Positions 37,552 through 47,859 are shown, counted from the first letter of the stretch. The stretch is 64,000 bases of DNA from Candidatus Kryptoniota bacterium (GCA_024641705.1 JAHECO010000003.1:75826-139825); one strand, 5' to 3'. The notes: a model not told the origin generated them from the sequence alone. Numbers and translations are program-made.

Positions 37552-38499
37552 ATGATTGTTTTCGGTCCGATTCCGTCCCGAAGGCTTGGGAGAAGTCTCG
37601 GCATCAACAACATACCCCCAAAGGTGTGCAGCTATTCCTGCATTTACTGCCAGCTGGGGATTACGGACTCCATGTCAATCGAACGGAAGAGCTATTTTTC
37701 GCCGGAAGCTGTTTTCGATGAGGTCTCTCAAAAGCTTGAGCTCCTTCACAAGGCAGGAAAACGAATCGATTACATCACCCTCGTGCCGGACGGAGAACCC
37801 ACGCTCGATGTCAACCTTGGCTTAACTCTTGTCAAACTCAAATCAACTGGCGTGAGGCTCGCGGTTATTACAAACGCATCCATGTTGTGGAATGAAGACG
37901 TTAGGCGAGATTTGTCGGAAGCTGATTGGGTCTCCGTTAAGATCGATTCGGCTCGCGAGGAAGTCTGGAGACGGATCAACCGGCCACACGGGAAACTGGG
38001 TCTGCATAGCATAAAGGCGGGCATTCTGGAGTTCTCCGCCTTCTACTCGGGAATACTTGTAACCGAGACAATGCTAGTCGGAGGAATAAACGACGGGTCT
38101 CTCTCTGCGACAGCCGAGTTCATTAGTGAGCTGAAACCCCGGAAGGCGTATATCCTGGTTCCGACGCGTCCGCCGGCGGAGAAGTACGCAACCGCGCCCG
38201 CAGAGGAAAGCATAAACGGCGCTTACCAGATTTACAGGAGTGTCATAGACGATGTGGAACTGTTGATCCGCAACGAGGGAACAGACTTCACCTTCTCTTC
38301 CGACGCCGAAGAAGAGCTTCTCGGCATCACGGCGGTCCATCCTATGCGAAAGGAAGCCGTGGGGAGGTTCCTTGAGGAATCGAATTCAGACTGGGACCTC
38401 GTCGATCGCCTGATAGCAAACGGCCAAATGAGAGAAGTCATCTACCTCGGCGAAACCTTTTTCATACGGAGGACTGGTTTGCCTGCTATTAACAACTGA
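37552..38499 (+). CDS. radical SAM protein
   Basis: [30 protein letters not shown] contains the CxxxCxxC cluster motif. Confidence 0.8.
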   Translation: MIVFGPIPSRRLGRSLGINNIPPKVCSYSCIYCQLGITDSMSIERKSYFSPEAVFDEVSQKLELLHKAGKRIDYITLVPDGEPTLDVNLGLTLVKLKSTGVRLAVITNASMLWNEDVRRDLSEADWVSVKIDSAREEVWRRINRPHGKLGLHSIKAGILEFSAFYSGILVTETMLVGGINDGSLSATAEFISELKPRKAYILVPTRPPAEKYATAPAEESINGAYQIYRSVIDDVELLIRNEGTDFTFSSDAEEELLGITAVHPMRKEAVGRFLEESNSDWDLVDRLIANGQMREVIYLGETFFIRRTGLPAINN

Positions 38500-38524
38500 A
38501 CCGACAAATGGAGGAAGAAACAAA

Positions 38525-39070
38525 TTGTACGTGCCCACAAAGATCTTTTTCACGAAAGGCGTAGGAAGGCACAAGGATTATCTGAGTTCCTTCGAGCTCG
38601 CCCTGCGAAACGCCGGCATAGAGATATGCAACCTGGTAAGCGTCAGCAGCATATTCCCGCCGGGCTGCAGGAGAATCAGCAAGGAGGAAGGTTTGAAGGA
38701 GCTGAAAGCCGGAGAGGTGACTTTTGCCGTGATGGCAAGGAACTCAACCAGCGAACCGAACCGCCTGATCGCCGCGTCGATAGGTGCAGCGATCCCGGCC
38801 GACGGCTCCCAGTACGGCTACCTCTCCGAATATCATCCGTTCGGAGTAGCCGAGAAGATAGCGGGAGATTACGCGGAGGATCTCGCGGCTCAAATGCTCG
38901 CGACAACCCTCGGCGTCGAGTTTGACCCCGAGGCCGATTGGAACGAGAGAGAACAGCTGTTCAAAATGTCCGGAAAGATCGTCAAGACGTTCAACATAAC
39001 CCAAACGGCCGAAGGAGACAGGACGGGACTCTGGACTACCGTGATTGCGGCAGCAATTTTACTCGAATGA
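38525..39070 (+). CDS. pdaD: pyruvoyl-dependent arginine decarboxylase
   Basis: [12 protein letters not shown]...[12 protein letters not shown]...NLV.VSSI.P is typical PvlArgDC. TTG start 8 nt after GGAGGAAG. Confidence 0.8.
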   Translation: MYVPTKIFFTKGVGRHKDYLSSFELALRNAGIEICNLVSVSSIFPPGCRRISKEEGLKELKAGEVTFAVMARNSTSEPNRLIAASIGAAIPADGSQYGYLSEYHPFGVAEKIAGDYAEDLAAQMLATTLGVEFDPEADWNEREQLFKMSGKIVKTFNITQTAEGDRTGLWTTVIAAAILLE

Positions 39071-39086
39071 ATAAGGGGGAAGACTC

Positions 39087-39473
39087 TTGTCGGACCATAA
39101 GACCGAATCGGAAATAGAAATAAAGACATACGACGTAGATGTGGCAGGACACGTGAACAACATCGCGTATATCAGGTGGCTTGAAGATTTACGCTGTAAA
39201 ATGTTCGCATCATGTTGTCCGGTGGATGAATTACTTGAGAGACATCTGTACCCTGTTGTTACCTCTACCCAAATACGCTACAGGAGCCAGTTGAAGCTGA
39301 CCGACAAGCTGAAGGGCGTCATTTGGGTTGAATCAATCAGTCACGGATTGATGCAACTGAAGGTGATCTTTCAAAGGGACGGAGAGATAATTGCGACAGC
39401 CGGACAGAATTGCGTGCTGATGGACCTTGAGAAGGGAAGGATGGAGAAGGAGGCGATTGAAATCTATTTGTGA
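39087..39473 (+). CDS. acyl-CoA thioesterase (4HBT/YbgC-like hotdog fold)
   Basis: YDVDVAGHVNNIAYIRWLED pattern. Confidence 0.7.
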   Translation: MSDHKTESEIEIKTYDVDVAGHVNNIAYIRWLEDLRCKMFASCCPVDELLERHLYPVVTSTQIRYRSQLKLTDKLKGVIWVESISHGLMQLKVIFQRDGEIIATAGQNCVLMDLEKGRMEKEAIEIYL

Positions 39474-39610
39474 AACGCGCCCCGTGGAAATGAGACAAGA
39501 GGTGAAGTGTGGAAGCGGTCCTGGCTAAAGTCGTTTAATTTTTCATTCGGTTTGATTTCGGGCCTGTTGCTCTTTGCGCTGGGCTTATGAGAGGAACGGA
39601 GGTTACGGCC

Positions 39611-40345
39611 ATGCAAGAAAATAAAAGCCATTGGTACGACGGTATGTTCTACGATCACTTCATTGCTCCCCATCAGGACAAAGTCTTCGCTCAATTGAAA
39701 GAGATGCTGACAAAAGGCTCGACAGTTCTTGATGTGGGCTGCGGAACAGGCAGGCTGGCGTCACAGCTGCTGGACAAGTGCGAGAGGATTGAGATTATAG
39801 ACCTTTCCGAAAGGAATATTCATATTGCAAGGCGCAAGCTCGCGGATGTGCCACCGGCAAAGCTGCACATCGAGCGTGCCGACCTGTTGGAATTCGTGGT
39901 TCACAATGTCATTCGCTTTGACTTCGCGATTGTCTCATATGTTCTTCACGAGATCAGGGAAGAGGAAAGGGATGTGCTGTTGTGGGCTCTATCATCGGTT
40001 GCGGACAAGATCGTGGTTGTGGATTATCTGGTCCCTCAGCCTGGGAATTACCGTGGATTAGTAAATCATCTGGTCGAATATGCCGCCGGTCGTGAACACT
40101 ACAGAAATTTCAAGTCGTTTGTGAGAGGCGACGGTATTGCCGGTTTGCTGAAGAAAGTCCCGCTTCGTGTTATCAGTGAAGTGAAAGACGACGCGTGCTC
40201 GAGCCATGTCGCCCTGCTGGAGGGAAGAGGGGGAGGTAATCGGGGGGCGAGGCCGCCTTGTCCGATACAAAATACAAATCTCGACAAATCGAGAAGGAGA
40301 AGAATACTATGGAGACGAACGGTGAAAGAAAAGGTATTCCTCTGA
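39611..40345 (+). CDS. class I SAM-dependent methyltransferase
   Basis: [12 protein letters not shown] motif I. The last ~40 codons look like read-through and overlap the peroxiredoxin start. Confidence 0.7.
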   Translation: MQENKSHWYDGMFYDHFIAPHQDKVFAQLKEMLTKGSTVLDVGCGTGRLASQLLDKCERIEIIDLSERNIHIARRKLADVPPAKLHIERADLLEFVVHNVIRFDFAIVSYVLHEIREEERDVLLWALSSVADKIVVVDYLVPQPGNYRGLVNHLVEYAAGREHYRNFKSFVRGDGIAGLLKKVPLRVISEVKDDACSSHVALLEGRGGGNRGARPPCPIQNTNLDKSRRRRILWRRTVKEKVFL

Positions 40346-40965
40346 TCGGTGAGAGGATGCCGAGTGTCGAAGCTCAGACGACACAAGGGATGAAGAAGAT
40401 CCCGGAGGATTACAGCGGCAAGTGGATTGTCTTGTTCAGTCATCCGGGAGATTTCACGCCCGTATGCACGACGGAGTTCTACGCATTTGCGAAGCGTAAT
40501 GACCAATTCAAGAAGCTAGATGCCGAGCTGATCGGCCTCTCGATCGACCAGGTCTTTGCCCACATCGAATGGGTGGACTGGATCAAAGACAAACTCGGGA
40601 TGGAAATACCGTTCCCGGTCATAGCAGACGATACGGGCAAGGTCGCCGCGAAGCTTGGGATGATCCACCCGGGAAAGGGAACGAACACAGTCAGGGCGGT
40701 ATTCGTGATTGATCCTGCCGGAATTATCCGGCTGATGATATACTATCCGCAGGAGATCGGCAGACAGGTAGATGAGGTGCTTCGGGCACTCAAGGCACTC
40801 CAGATTTCCGATGCGAACAAGGTGGCGATGCCGGAGAACTGGCCGAACAATGAACTCATCAAAGACAAGGTGATATTGCCGCCGCCGAAGGATGTCGCGG
40901 GAGCGGCGAAGAGGAAAACGCCCAAAGAAGGTTACGATTGGTGGTTCACGTTTAAGTCACTGTGA
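40309..40965 (+). CDS. 1-Cys/Prx6-type peroxiredoxin
   Basis: [18 protein letters not shown] peroxidatic-Cys motif. ATG at 40309 after GAAGGAGA. Confidence 0.85.
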   Translation: METNGERKGIPLIGERMPSVEAQTTQGMKKIPEDYSGKWIVLFSHPGDFTPVCTTEFYAFAKRNDQFKKLDAELIGLSIDQVFAHIEWVDWIKDKLGMEIPFPVIADDTGKVAAKLGMIHPGKGTNTVRAVFVIDPAGIIRLMIYYPQEIGRQVDEVLRALKALQISDANKVAMPENWPNNELIKDKVILPPPKDVAGAAKRKTPKEGYDWWFTFKSL

Positions 40966-40979
40966 AGGGGGGAGCAACT

Positions 40980-41108
40980 GAGGTTGTCCCAAAACAAGGA
41001 AAATGTCATTCTGAAGGAGCGGAGCGACTGAAGAATCCACTTATTCGTTCTGAAAAATGGATGCTTCACTTCGTTCAGCATGACAGACAAGACTTTCTGG
41101 ACAGCCTC
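40980..41108 (-). mobile_element. 129-bp MITE-like element, copy 2 (inverted)
   Basis: It is the exact reverse complement of 12704..12832. Confidence 0.65.
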
Positions 41109-41324
41109 AGTTAGAATCGCAAGGGAGTTAGGCGGATACAATAACCGGGGGACTATTTCGTTATTAAAGGAGTGGAAGCATCTTTTCTTTCTGCGCGGCA
41201 TCATACTATCGAATTGCCGCAGCCAACCGGGAATTGAAAGAAATGTGATTAATATCGGCTGGCGGAAAGCCGGGCGCTCGCCGCCGACAGCCGAATGCTG
41301 AACTGAAAACATACGAGGAAACAC

Positions 41325-41702
41325 ATGAAATACCTGATAGCATCCGAAGGAAACACACTCGAGAGCAACGTAAGCACCCATTACGGCAGGGCGCCGTTCT
41401 TTCTAGTTTACGACGACGAAGCAAAAACGCTGGAGCCAAAGGCGAACGACGGGTTGCTCGATCCACACCTCGTGATTCGCGACGGGGCAAAAGCAGGAGT
41501 GAAGAGATTGATCTGCGGCGGTATCGGACCGCACGCGTACCAGGTCGCTGAGAGATTCAGTGTCGAGGTCTGCGTCACGTCGGGCGTGCCTGTCGCTGAG
41601 GCTGTAAAGCTTGCAACCGAAGGGAAGCTTCCGGTTACGACGGGGCCGACAGCCCACCACCATCATGAGCACGGCGGGGATCATCACCACTCGGGTCACT
41701 GA
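41325..41702 (+). CDS. NifB/NifX-family protein 3 with His-rich tail
   Basis: HYGRAPFFLVYD...RLICGGIGPHAYQVAERF layout. C-terminal HHHHEHGGDHHHSGH. Confidence 0.75.
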   Translation: MKYLIASEGNTLESNVSTHYGRAPFFLVYDDEAKTLEPKANDGLLDPHLVIRDGAKAGVKRLICGGIGPHAYQVAERFSVEVCVTSGVPVAEAVKLATEGKLPVTTGPTAHHHHEHGGDHHHSGH

Positions 41703-41723
41703 CAAACCTTCGTTACTTCAAAG

Positions 41724-41762
41724 AAGCGGCAAGCGCTCGGCGAGTGCGTGCCGCTTTTTTTC
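41724..41762 (+). terminator. rho-independent terminator
   Basis: agcggca...tgccgct stem followed by tttttttt. Confidence 0.6.
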
Positions 41763-41946
41763 TAACCGGAAACACTTCGGCGCGGCAACGATGAATCCGG
41801 TCTGCATCATGTGCACTCCGTCACATACTGACTACAGCAGGAACTTTTACATTCTCTGAAAGACTTCGAGAGACAGACAGAGTCTTCTAACTAAGGAGAG
41901 CACCAAACAAGGGACATCGAGGAGGAGGGCCACGGAGTGGCAAGCG

Positions 41947-44076
41947 ATGCCCTTTGCACCACGGAGGAGGCGGAGTTCGTTGCTGCACCGCTTGGCGAAG
42001 CACCTTGGCTTTGTACTTCTGAGTCTCGCGTGCGCCGGGAATGTCCTGTCACAGGGTACCGCACGGCCCGATTCGACGGGACAATCATTCATAGAGAAGA
42101 ACGTCAGCATAACAGGAGATGCCGGAGTTTACGGAGAACTATACGGCATTTCCGGGATAGCGGGCAGACGCCCGCCCAGTTCGGCAAGGCTCTATTTTCG
42201 ACCCACCGTCACGCTCTTTAACTCGTTTTCCATGTCCTTCGATTTTCTTCTCTCAACCGAAGGAAGCTCGGCGAGGCAGAATATCAACCAGCTCGGCATA
42301 AACCCCTCCTGGGGATGGGGCAGCGCGCACCTCGGCGATTTCACGGATATGTTCACGCCGTTTACTTTCGACGGCATCATGGTACGCGGAGCAGGGATCA
42401 ACCTCGACCCAGGCCTATTCAGATTCTCCGCCATCGGAGGATACACGCAGAGAGCGGTCGACGGAGGAGCCGGGACCGGAAGTTTCTCCAGGTACATGTA
42501 CGGGGCGAGACTAGGCGTCGGCAAACAGGAAGGGTCGTACTTCGATCTCATGTTCCTGCGGACAAGAGATGTCCCGTCGTCCCTTTCGCAGCCGCAGCCG
42601 ACCATCGCCATCGTAGCTCCCAACGGAAACGACTCGTGGCCGATAGGAAACATAGAGAATATCCGGTGGGGTTCGTCCGGCATTACGGGAAATGTTCGCA
42701 TCGAGCTCTCCAGGGACGGCGGAGCGACGTACGAAGTGCTGTTCGACAGCGTTGCCAACACCGGTGCGCAGCCGTGGGTCGTCACCGGCCCGCCGACCGT
42801 GCAGGCTATAATAAGGATCACGAGCCTGGAAGATTCTGTCAGCGATGTGAGCGATTTTCCTTTCAGCATCGGTGTCGGCGTGGCAGACCAGCAGGGGACG
42901 AGTCCCGGCGCCGTCGTAAATACTTACGCCGTGACTCCGGAGGAGAACCTGGTATTGGGTGCCGACGGCAGACTGGCCCTGTTCGGCAATGCGGTGACGC
43001 TGAGCGCTGAAGTGGACGCGAGTGCTTACACAAGGGACATGCGGGCGCCGACCATAGACAGCCTCGGGCTCCCTTCGGCTCTTACCGGTCTCTTCGCGCC
43101 CAGGACGAGCAGCAGGGCGGACTACGCCTACAACACCCAACTCGCCGTGAATCTTTCTTCCTTCAGTGCCCAGCTCGGCTACAAATACGTCGGACCGGGA
43201 TACACTTCCCTCGGCGTCGCGTCGCTTTTGCCCGATGACCGCCAGTTCACGCTGGCCACGATGTTCAGGGTATCGGCGGTCTCTGTGAACGTCAACGCGG
43301 GCCGGGAATACGACAACCTTCTGGGGCAGAAGAGCTATACGACGACCAGGAACAATATCGGAGGAAACGTCAGTCTGCGTGCCTCCGACAACTGGATGCT
43401 CTCATTCATGGGGAGCTATCTGAGTATGGCGAACGATGCCTCGAACGACACCATGCTTGTAGACTATTCGACCTTCATGGCGGGGCTGTCTCAAATGTTC
43501 TTCGTCGCCGGTGGAGGTGCCTTCCAGTCGGCCACGCTCAGCTATATATACCAGACATCTGCCGACGGCAACCCTCTCAGACAGAACAGCGGGCTCCTCT
43601 CGCATTCGCTGAACTCCAGTGCAGTTTTCGGAGTCATGTCGAATCTGAGCCTGATACCTTCGATAAGCCTGATCTATTCAGACATCGGGGAGACCGGATG
43701 GAGTTCCACGCAGACATATTCGATTTCCACGCAGCACCGCGCACTCAATAACAGACTTACCACAGCCTTGTCGCTGGGGACGTCGCTATTGACGGGATCG
43801 CATTCCATACAGGCGGTCCTTTCCAGGGGCATCTCGGCCGCTTCGTATGTAGAGAGGGCGAAATTGAACGGGAAGAGCATGCGCGTGTATGAATTTAAGT
43901 TGACCTTCAAGTCGGGCAACGTGTCTTCAAATGGGACAGGGAAATGCTGGATCGGCACGTCGGATGGATTGCCTTATGAATCCACCTACACGGGCGAAGT
44001 TGGCGGAGGCAAAGTGCAGTCCCGGATCTATTACCTGTACAATGTCAGATTTGATATCAGGAAGCCTGTTAACTGA
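41947..44076 (+). CDS. large putative outer-membrane beta-barrel protein with inserted Ig-like domain
   Basis: Signal-like N-terminus and long Ser/Thr/Gly/Tyr/Asn-rich alternating segments. An internal ~90-aa module runs IAIVAPNGNDSWPIGN..IRW...GNVRIELS.DGG.TY. Confidence 0.5.
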   Translation: MPFAPRRRRSSLLHRLAKHLGFVLLSLACAGNVLSQGTARPDSTGQSFIEKNVSITGDAGVYGELYGISGIAGRRPPSSARLYFRPTVTLFNSFSMSFDFLLSTEGSSARQNINQLGINPSWGWGSAHLGDFTDMFTPFTFDGIMVRGAGINLDPGLFRFSAIGGYTQRAVDGGAGTGSFSRYMYGARLGVGKQEGSYFDLMFLRTRDVPSSLSQPQPTIAIVAPNGNDSWPIGNIENIRWGSSGITGNVRIELSRDGGATYEVLFDSVANTGAQPWVVTGPPTVQAIIRITSLEDSVSDVSDFPFSIGVGVADQQGTSPGAVVNTYAVTPEENLVLGADGRLALFGNAVTLSAEVDASAYTRDMRAPTIDSLGLPSALTGLFAPRTSSRADYAYNTQLAVNLSSFSAQLGYKYVGPGYTSLGVASLLPDDRQFTLATMFRVSAVSVNVNAGREYDNLLGQKSYTTTRNNIGGNVSLRASDNWMLSFMGSYLSMANDASNDTMLVDYSTFMAGLSQMFFVAGGGAFQSATLSYIYQTSADGNPLRQNSGLLSHSLNSSAVFGVMSNLSLIPSISLIYSDIGETGWSSTQTYSISTQHRALNNRLTTALSLGTSLLTGSHSIQAVLSRGISAASYVERAKLNGKSMRVYEFKLTFKSGNVSSNGTGKCWIGTSDGLPYESTYTGEVGGGKVQSRIYYLYNVRFDIRKPVN

Positions 44077-44088
44077 ACCATCAACATA

Positions 44089-44514
44089 GTGCCGATTCGA
44101 AATGATGAGAGGGCATCGGTGAACTGGAAAGTCATAATGTATCTATCGCCGCTCGGAGTCGCTGTAGGTTTCGCCGGCATCTACGGCCTGTCGGGGGATC
44201 CGCGAGTAGTCATGTGGCTCGGGACATCTCTGATCTGCGGTGTAGTCGTCATCCGGCATGCAGGAAGGGACTATTTCGTGCATTCGCTTCTCGCCTGCAT
44301 ACTGATAGGCTTGCTCGCAGGCCTGACACGCGCTGCCATGATCGATACCTATCTGCTTCACAATATTCAAATGGAGGATGTCTACGGCTCGATGCCGAAG
44401 ACGGTTCAGCCCCGGCTGGTAGCGATCATGATGGGACTCTACTTCGGTGCCGTCGCAGGAGCCCTGTCGGGGTCTCTGTCCGTCGCGGTGGGGAAGTTGA
44501 TGGGGAAGAAGTAA
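44089..44514 (+). CDS. hypothetical membrane protein
   Basis: Four hydrophobic segments. GTG start, uncertain (alternative ATG at 44137). Confidence 0.45.
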   Translation: MPIRNDERASVNWKVIMYLSPLGVAVGFAGIYGLSGDPRVVMWLGTSLICGVVVIRHAGRDYFVHSLLACILIGLLAGLTRAAMIDTYLLHNIQMEDVYGSMPKTVQPRLVAIMMGLYFGAVAGALSGSLSVAVGKLMGKK

Positions 44515-44598
44515 AAAGATTCCTTCGTAAGCAGGCAGCGTAACCGCATCTCCGCTGTTTCGTATTTATCGGTTACCAACAAAGGAGATGCAAAAGAT

Positions 44599-45450
44599 AT
44601 GAGACTGACAATTATAACTGCGCTGCTTGCCCTGACGATTCTTCCCGCGGCCGCGCAGACGAAAGACCCGCAGGAGAAAATACGCGTGATGACGCTCGGC
44701 GTCTTCCATTTCAATTATCCTAACCTCGACCGGCACGCGGTCGCGGCGGGGAATGAGATCGATGTCCTTGACTCTGAGTACCAGGCCCAGATTGAGAGGA
44801 TAGTCGCCGGCCTGAAAGAGTTCAAACCGACTAAGATCGCGATTGAGGCGGAGCCGAAGTATCAGGCGAAGTACGATTCCCTTTACGATGCCTACCTCGC
44901 CGGTAAATTCATCCTCGGCCGCGACGAAATATTCCAGATCGGCTTCCGTCTCGGCAAGGAGCTCGGCATCAGGCATCTGTCATGCGTAGACGAACAGGGA
45001 AGATACTACGAATATCTCGATACTCTTTTTGCCGACTCGGTGCGCGAAGCGAAGTTCGAAAGCTACTTCTACCACAATCCGGACTCACTCATCGGGAAGA
45101 GCTATCACGAGCTCTACAGTGACGTCGACAAGCTTCCGAAATCGCGGGGCATGATCTACACTCTGAGGGATATAAACAGGCCGGAGTTCATCAGGCATCA
45201 GCAGGGAGTGTATTTCATCGGCGACTTCAAGTACGAAGAGAAACCGGGAGACTTTACGGGCGTCGACTTCGAAACGTCGAGGTGGTACAACCGCAATCTC
45301 AGGATATTCAGGAACATAGAGAGGATAACCGACGACCCGAGTGACAGGATACTCCTCATCATCGGCGATGGGCACCTGGGTCTCCTCAATTATTTCTTCG
45401 AGTGCGCACCGCAGTACGATCTGGTAAGTCCGCTCGATTATCTCAAGTAG
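44599..45450 (+). CDS. TraB/GumN-like (DUF5694-type) secreted protein
   Basis: Signal peptide. VMTLGVFHFNYPNLD and LLIIGDGHLGLL patterns. Confidence 0.55.
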   Translation: MRLTIITALLALTILPAAAQTKDPQEKIRVMTLGVFHFNYPNLDRHAVAAGNEIDVLDSEYQAQIERIVAGLKEFKPTKIAIEAEPKYQAKYDSLYDAYLAGKFILGRDEIFQIGFRLGKELGIRHLSCVDEQGRYYEYLDTLFADSVREAKFESYFYHNPDSLIGKSYHELYSDVDKLPKSRGMIYTLRDINRPEFIRHQQGVYFIGDFKYEEKPGDFTGVDFETSRWYNRNLRIFRNIERITDDPSDRILLIIGDGHLGLLNYFFECAPQYDLVSPLDYLK

Positions 45451-45654
45451 GGGGCATACGGGAAACCTTGGCCCTGATCTGACTTCACTCAGAACCTGCG
45501 GCCCTGAGTCGCGGTTGTCATTCCATACCGACGGCTCAGGTATGGATTTCCCGCTCATTGTTATAAACGATGGATATGCGGGATGCCGCACCTGTGCGCT
45601 GAAGCGCTTCGATGCGCAGGCGCAAGGCGGCACTTCGTCCCGCTTGGCGGGACT

Positions 45655-45686
45655 CAGAATGACAGTATGGATACGGTGTCATTCTG
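45655..45686. repeat. perfect 10-bp-stem hairpin in a degenerate relative of the MITE
   Basis: cagaatgaca-N12-tgtcattctg. Downstream cgactgaagaatcc is shared with the 129-bp element. Confidence 0.5.
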
Positions 45687-45811
45687 AAGGACTCCGACCC
45701 TGCATGATATGGGCGGACGACTGAAGAATCCAGGCTTAGGGAAAGGTGCGGGTTCTTCGGTCGTTCTTCCCGGAGAAGTTAAGCTGAGTCGGAACGAAAA
45801 CCTCGGCCTTC

Positions 45812-46087
45812 TTGAATCTTCGGGGAGTCCGGCCTACCTTCTGGAGTCAGGGAGGTTTGTTCTTGCCGCTTTCGATCGACTACGCCAAGGTCGCCGACAT
45901 ATACGACGAATATGTCACAGCGGATTTCGAGATCCGTTTCTGTTTACCCGAAAGGGAAGAGTTCGAAGAGCTTGCAGCGTCCGCCGACTTCGAAGTAGCC
46001 GGTATGTATGGCGACTACGATTATGCTAAATTCGACGAGCTGCGGTCTCCGTTCATGATCTGGAGGCTGAAACCGAACCGCCATTGA
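45812..46087 (+). pseudogene. internally deleted class I methyltransferase remnant
   Basis: An N-terminal-type segment (YAKVADIYDEYVTADFE) is joined directly to a C-terminal-type segment (EEFEELAASADFEVAGMYGDYDYAKF...FMIWRLK). The whole SAM-binding core is absent. Confidence 0.35.
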
Positions 46088-46103
46088 GAAGAAGTAGGAC
46101 CGA

Positions 46104-46946
46104 ATGAAGGACAAGATCTGCATCGTTACCGGCGCCAACGTCGGTATAGGAAAGATCACCGCGCTTGAACTTGCGAAGATGGGCGCCACGGTAGTAATGG
46201 TATGCCGCAACAGGGAAAAGGGTGAAGCTGCCGCGGCGGAAATCATGAAGAGTACGGGAAACCGTTCAGTGCATCTCCTTGTCGGAGACATGTCGTCGCA
46301 AGCGGATGTGCGCCGCGTCGCGGGACAGTTCCGTGAGAAGTTCAATTCGCTCCACGTTCTCGTCAACAACGCGGGCGGCCTCGTGCCGGCAAGAGAGCTC
46401 TCGGCCGACGGAATAGAGAAGACCTTCGCGGGCAACCATCTGGGTTATTTCCTGCTCACGGGCCTGCTGCTTGACATGCTAAAGAAGTCGGCGCCATCCC
46501 GTATCGTGAACGTTGCCTCCGACTTCCACCGGCTTGCGAAGCTCGATTTCAGCGATCTCCAGGGAGAACGGAAGTACAATCAATTGCAGGCGTACGCGCT
46601 TTCGAAAGTGGCAAACATACTCTTCACTTACGAGCTCGCGCGCAGGCTCGACGGGACAGGGGTGACCGTCAACTGCGTCCATCCCGGAGGAGTGAACTCG
46701 AATTTCTACAAAAACTCCGGCGTGCGACTGCGGATCTTCTCGGCTTTATTCGGCTGGACCATGAGATCGCCGGAGAAGGGAGCGGATACCGTGATCTATC
46801 TCGCCGCTTCGCCGGAAGTAGAAGGAATCACAGGCAAATATTTCAAGGACAGGAAACAAATTGAATCTTCGAAGCTCTCGATGGACGAGGAGGTTTCCCG
46901 TCGCATGTGGGAGCTCTCCGAAAAGTTGGTAAATTTCAAACGATGA
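46104..46946 (+). CDS. SDR family oxidoreductase (retinol-dehydrogenase-like)
   Basis: VTGANVGIGK, NNAG and YALSKVAN (YxxxK). Confidence 0.85.
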   Translation: MKDKICIVTGANVGIGKITALELAKMGATVVMVCRNREKGEAAAAEIMKSTGNRSVHLLVGDMSSQADVRRVAGQFREKFNSLHVLVNNAGGLVPARELSADGIEKTFAGNHLGYFLLTGLLLDMLKKSAPSRIVNVASDFHRLAKLDFSDLQGERKYNQLQAYALSKVANILFTYELARRLDGTGVTVNCVHPGGVNSNFYKNSGVRLRIFSALFGWTMRSPEKGADTVIYLAASPEVEGITGKYFKDRKQIESSKLSMDEEVSRRMWELSEKLVNFKR

Positions 46947-47043
46947 ACCGCGCGGCGTAAAGGGCAGCCCCCGTTCCGGAAGCGGACGGGAGCAGGTATG
47001 GATTCCGCACGGCAGTTCGAAAAAATGTCAGAGGGAGACGACT

Positions 47044-47373
47044 ATGAAACTGGAAAACATGCCGCTTTCGGTTACCGACTGGAACAAACTTAGCTCGGTC
47101 GGGGCACGTGGGGAGACCGGCAAGGCTGTCTCCAGGGAGCTGGACCAGGGTGACGTGCGCGTGAGGATAGTCGAGTACTCCGCCGGTTACAGATCCGATC
47201 ACTGGTGCTCGAAGGGACACATAGTGATGGTACAGGAAGGCGATTTGACGGTAGAACTCGAGGACGGAAAGAAATACGCATTGTCCGGCGAGATGAGCCT
47301 TCAGGTCGGAGACAATGTCGCGTGCCACCGTGTTTATTCAAATAACGGGGCGCGAGTGATCATTTTCGATTGA
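47044..47373 (+). CDS. DHCW-motif cupin fold protein
   Basis: YRSDHWCSKGHIVMVQEG in a 109-aa single cupin barrel. Confidence 0.7.
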   Translation: MKLENMPLSVTDWNKLSSVGARGETGKAVSRELDQGDVRVRIVEYSAGYRSDHWCSKGHIVMVQEGDLTVELEDGKKYALSGEMSLQVGDNVACHRVYSNNGARVIIFD

Positions 47374-47413
47374 CTCTTCGGGCGAAGCACTATACATTCT
47401 GACGAACGATAAT

Positions 47414-47845
47414 GTGATCCTGCGCCCGGGCAAGAGAATCAGTGGATTTTTCGGATATGATGAATATGGAGGTAGTATCGCAATTATGAAGCACGGAAGC
47501 GGAGTTTTCCGCATAAGTTCCTCGTTTATGCGTTCCATTCGGGTCGCTTATCGCCGGGTCGGACCGGAGCCCTTCATATGGATAGTTGCCCTGTTGTACC
47601 TTGCGATCCATAATCCTTACGCGCAAACCGAATTCACGATCTGCCCGCTCAGGAACCTGGGATTTCATTACTGTCCCGGCTGCGGCCTTGGCAGGGCCGT
47701 GTCGTTTCTTCTGCACGGCGATATTGTGCGGTCAATACAGACTCATTTGCTCGGCATCCCTGCAACCATCATCCTTGGATTTCGTATTTTCTCTCTGTTG
47801 AATAATGCGCTGAAGAGGCCCAGTCTTCAGCCTTCGGTTCATTAA
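47414..47845 (+). CDS. DUF2752 domain membrane protein
   Basis: CPLRNLGFHYCPGCGLGRA motif. The start is uncertain. Confidence 0.6.
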   Translation: MILRPGKRISGFFGYDEYGGSIAIMKHGSGVFRISSSFMRSIRVAYRRVGPEPFIWIVALLYLAIHNPYAQTEFTICPLRNLGFHYCPGCGLGRAVSFLLHGDIVRSIQTHLLGIPATIILGFRIFSLLNNALKRPSLQPSVH

Positions 47846-47859
47846 ACAAAGGAGCGGAA

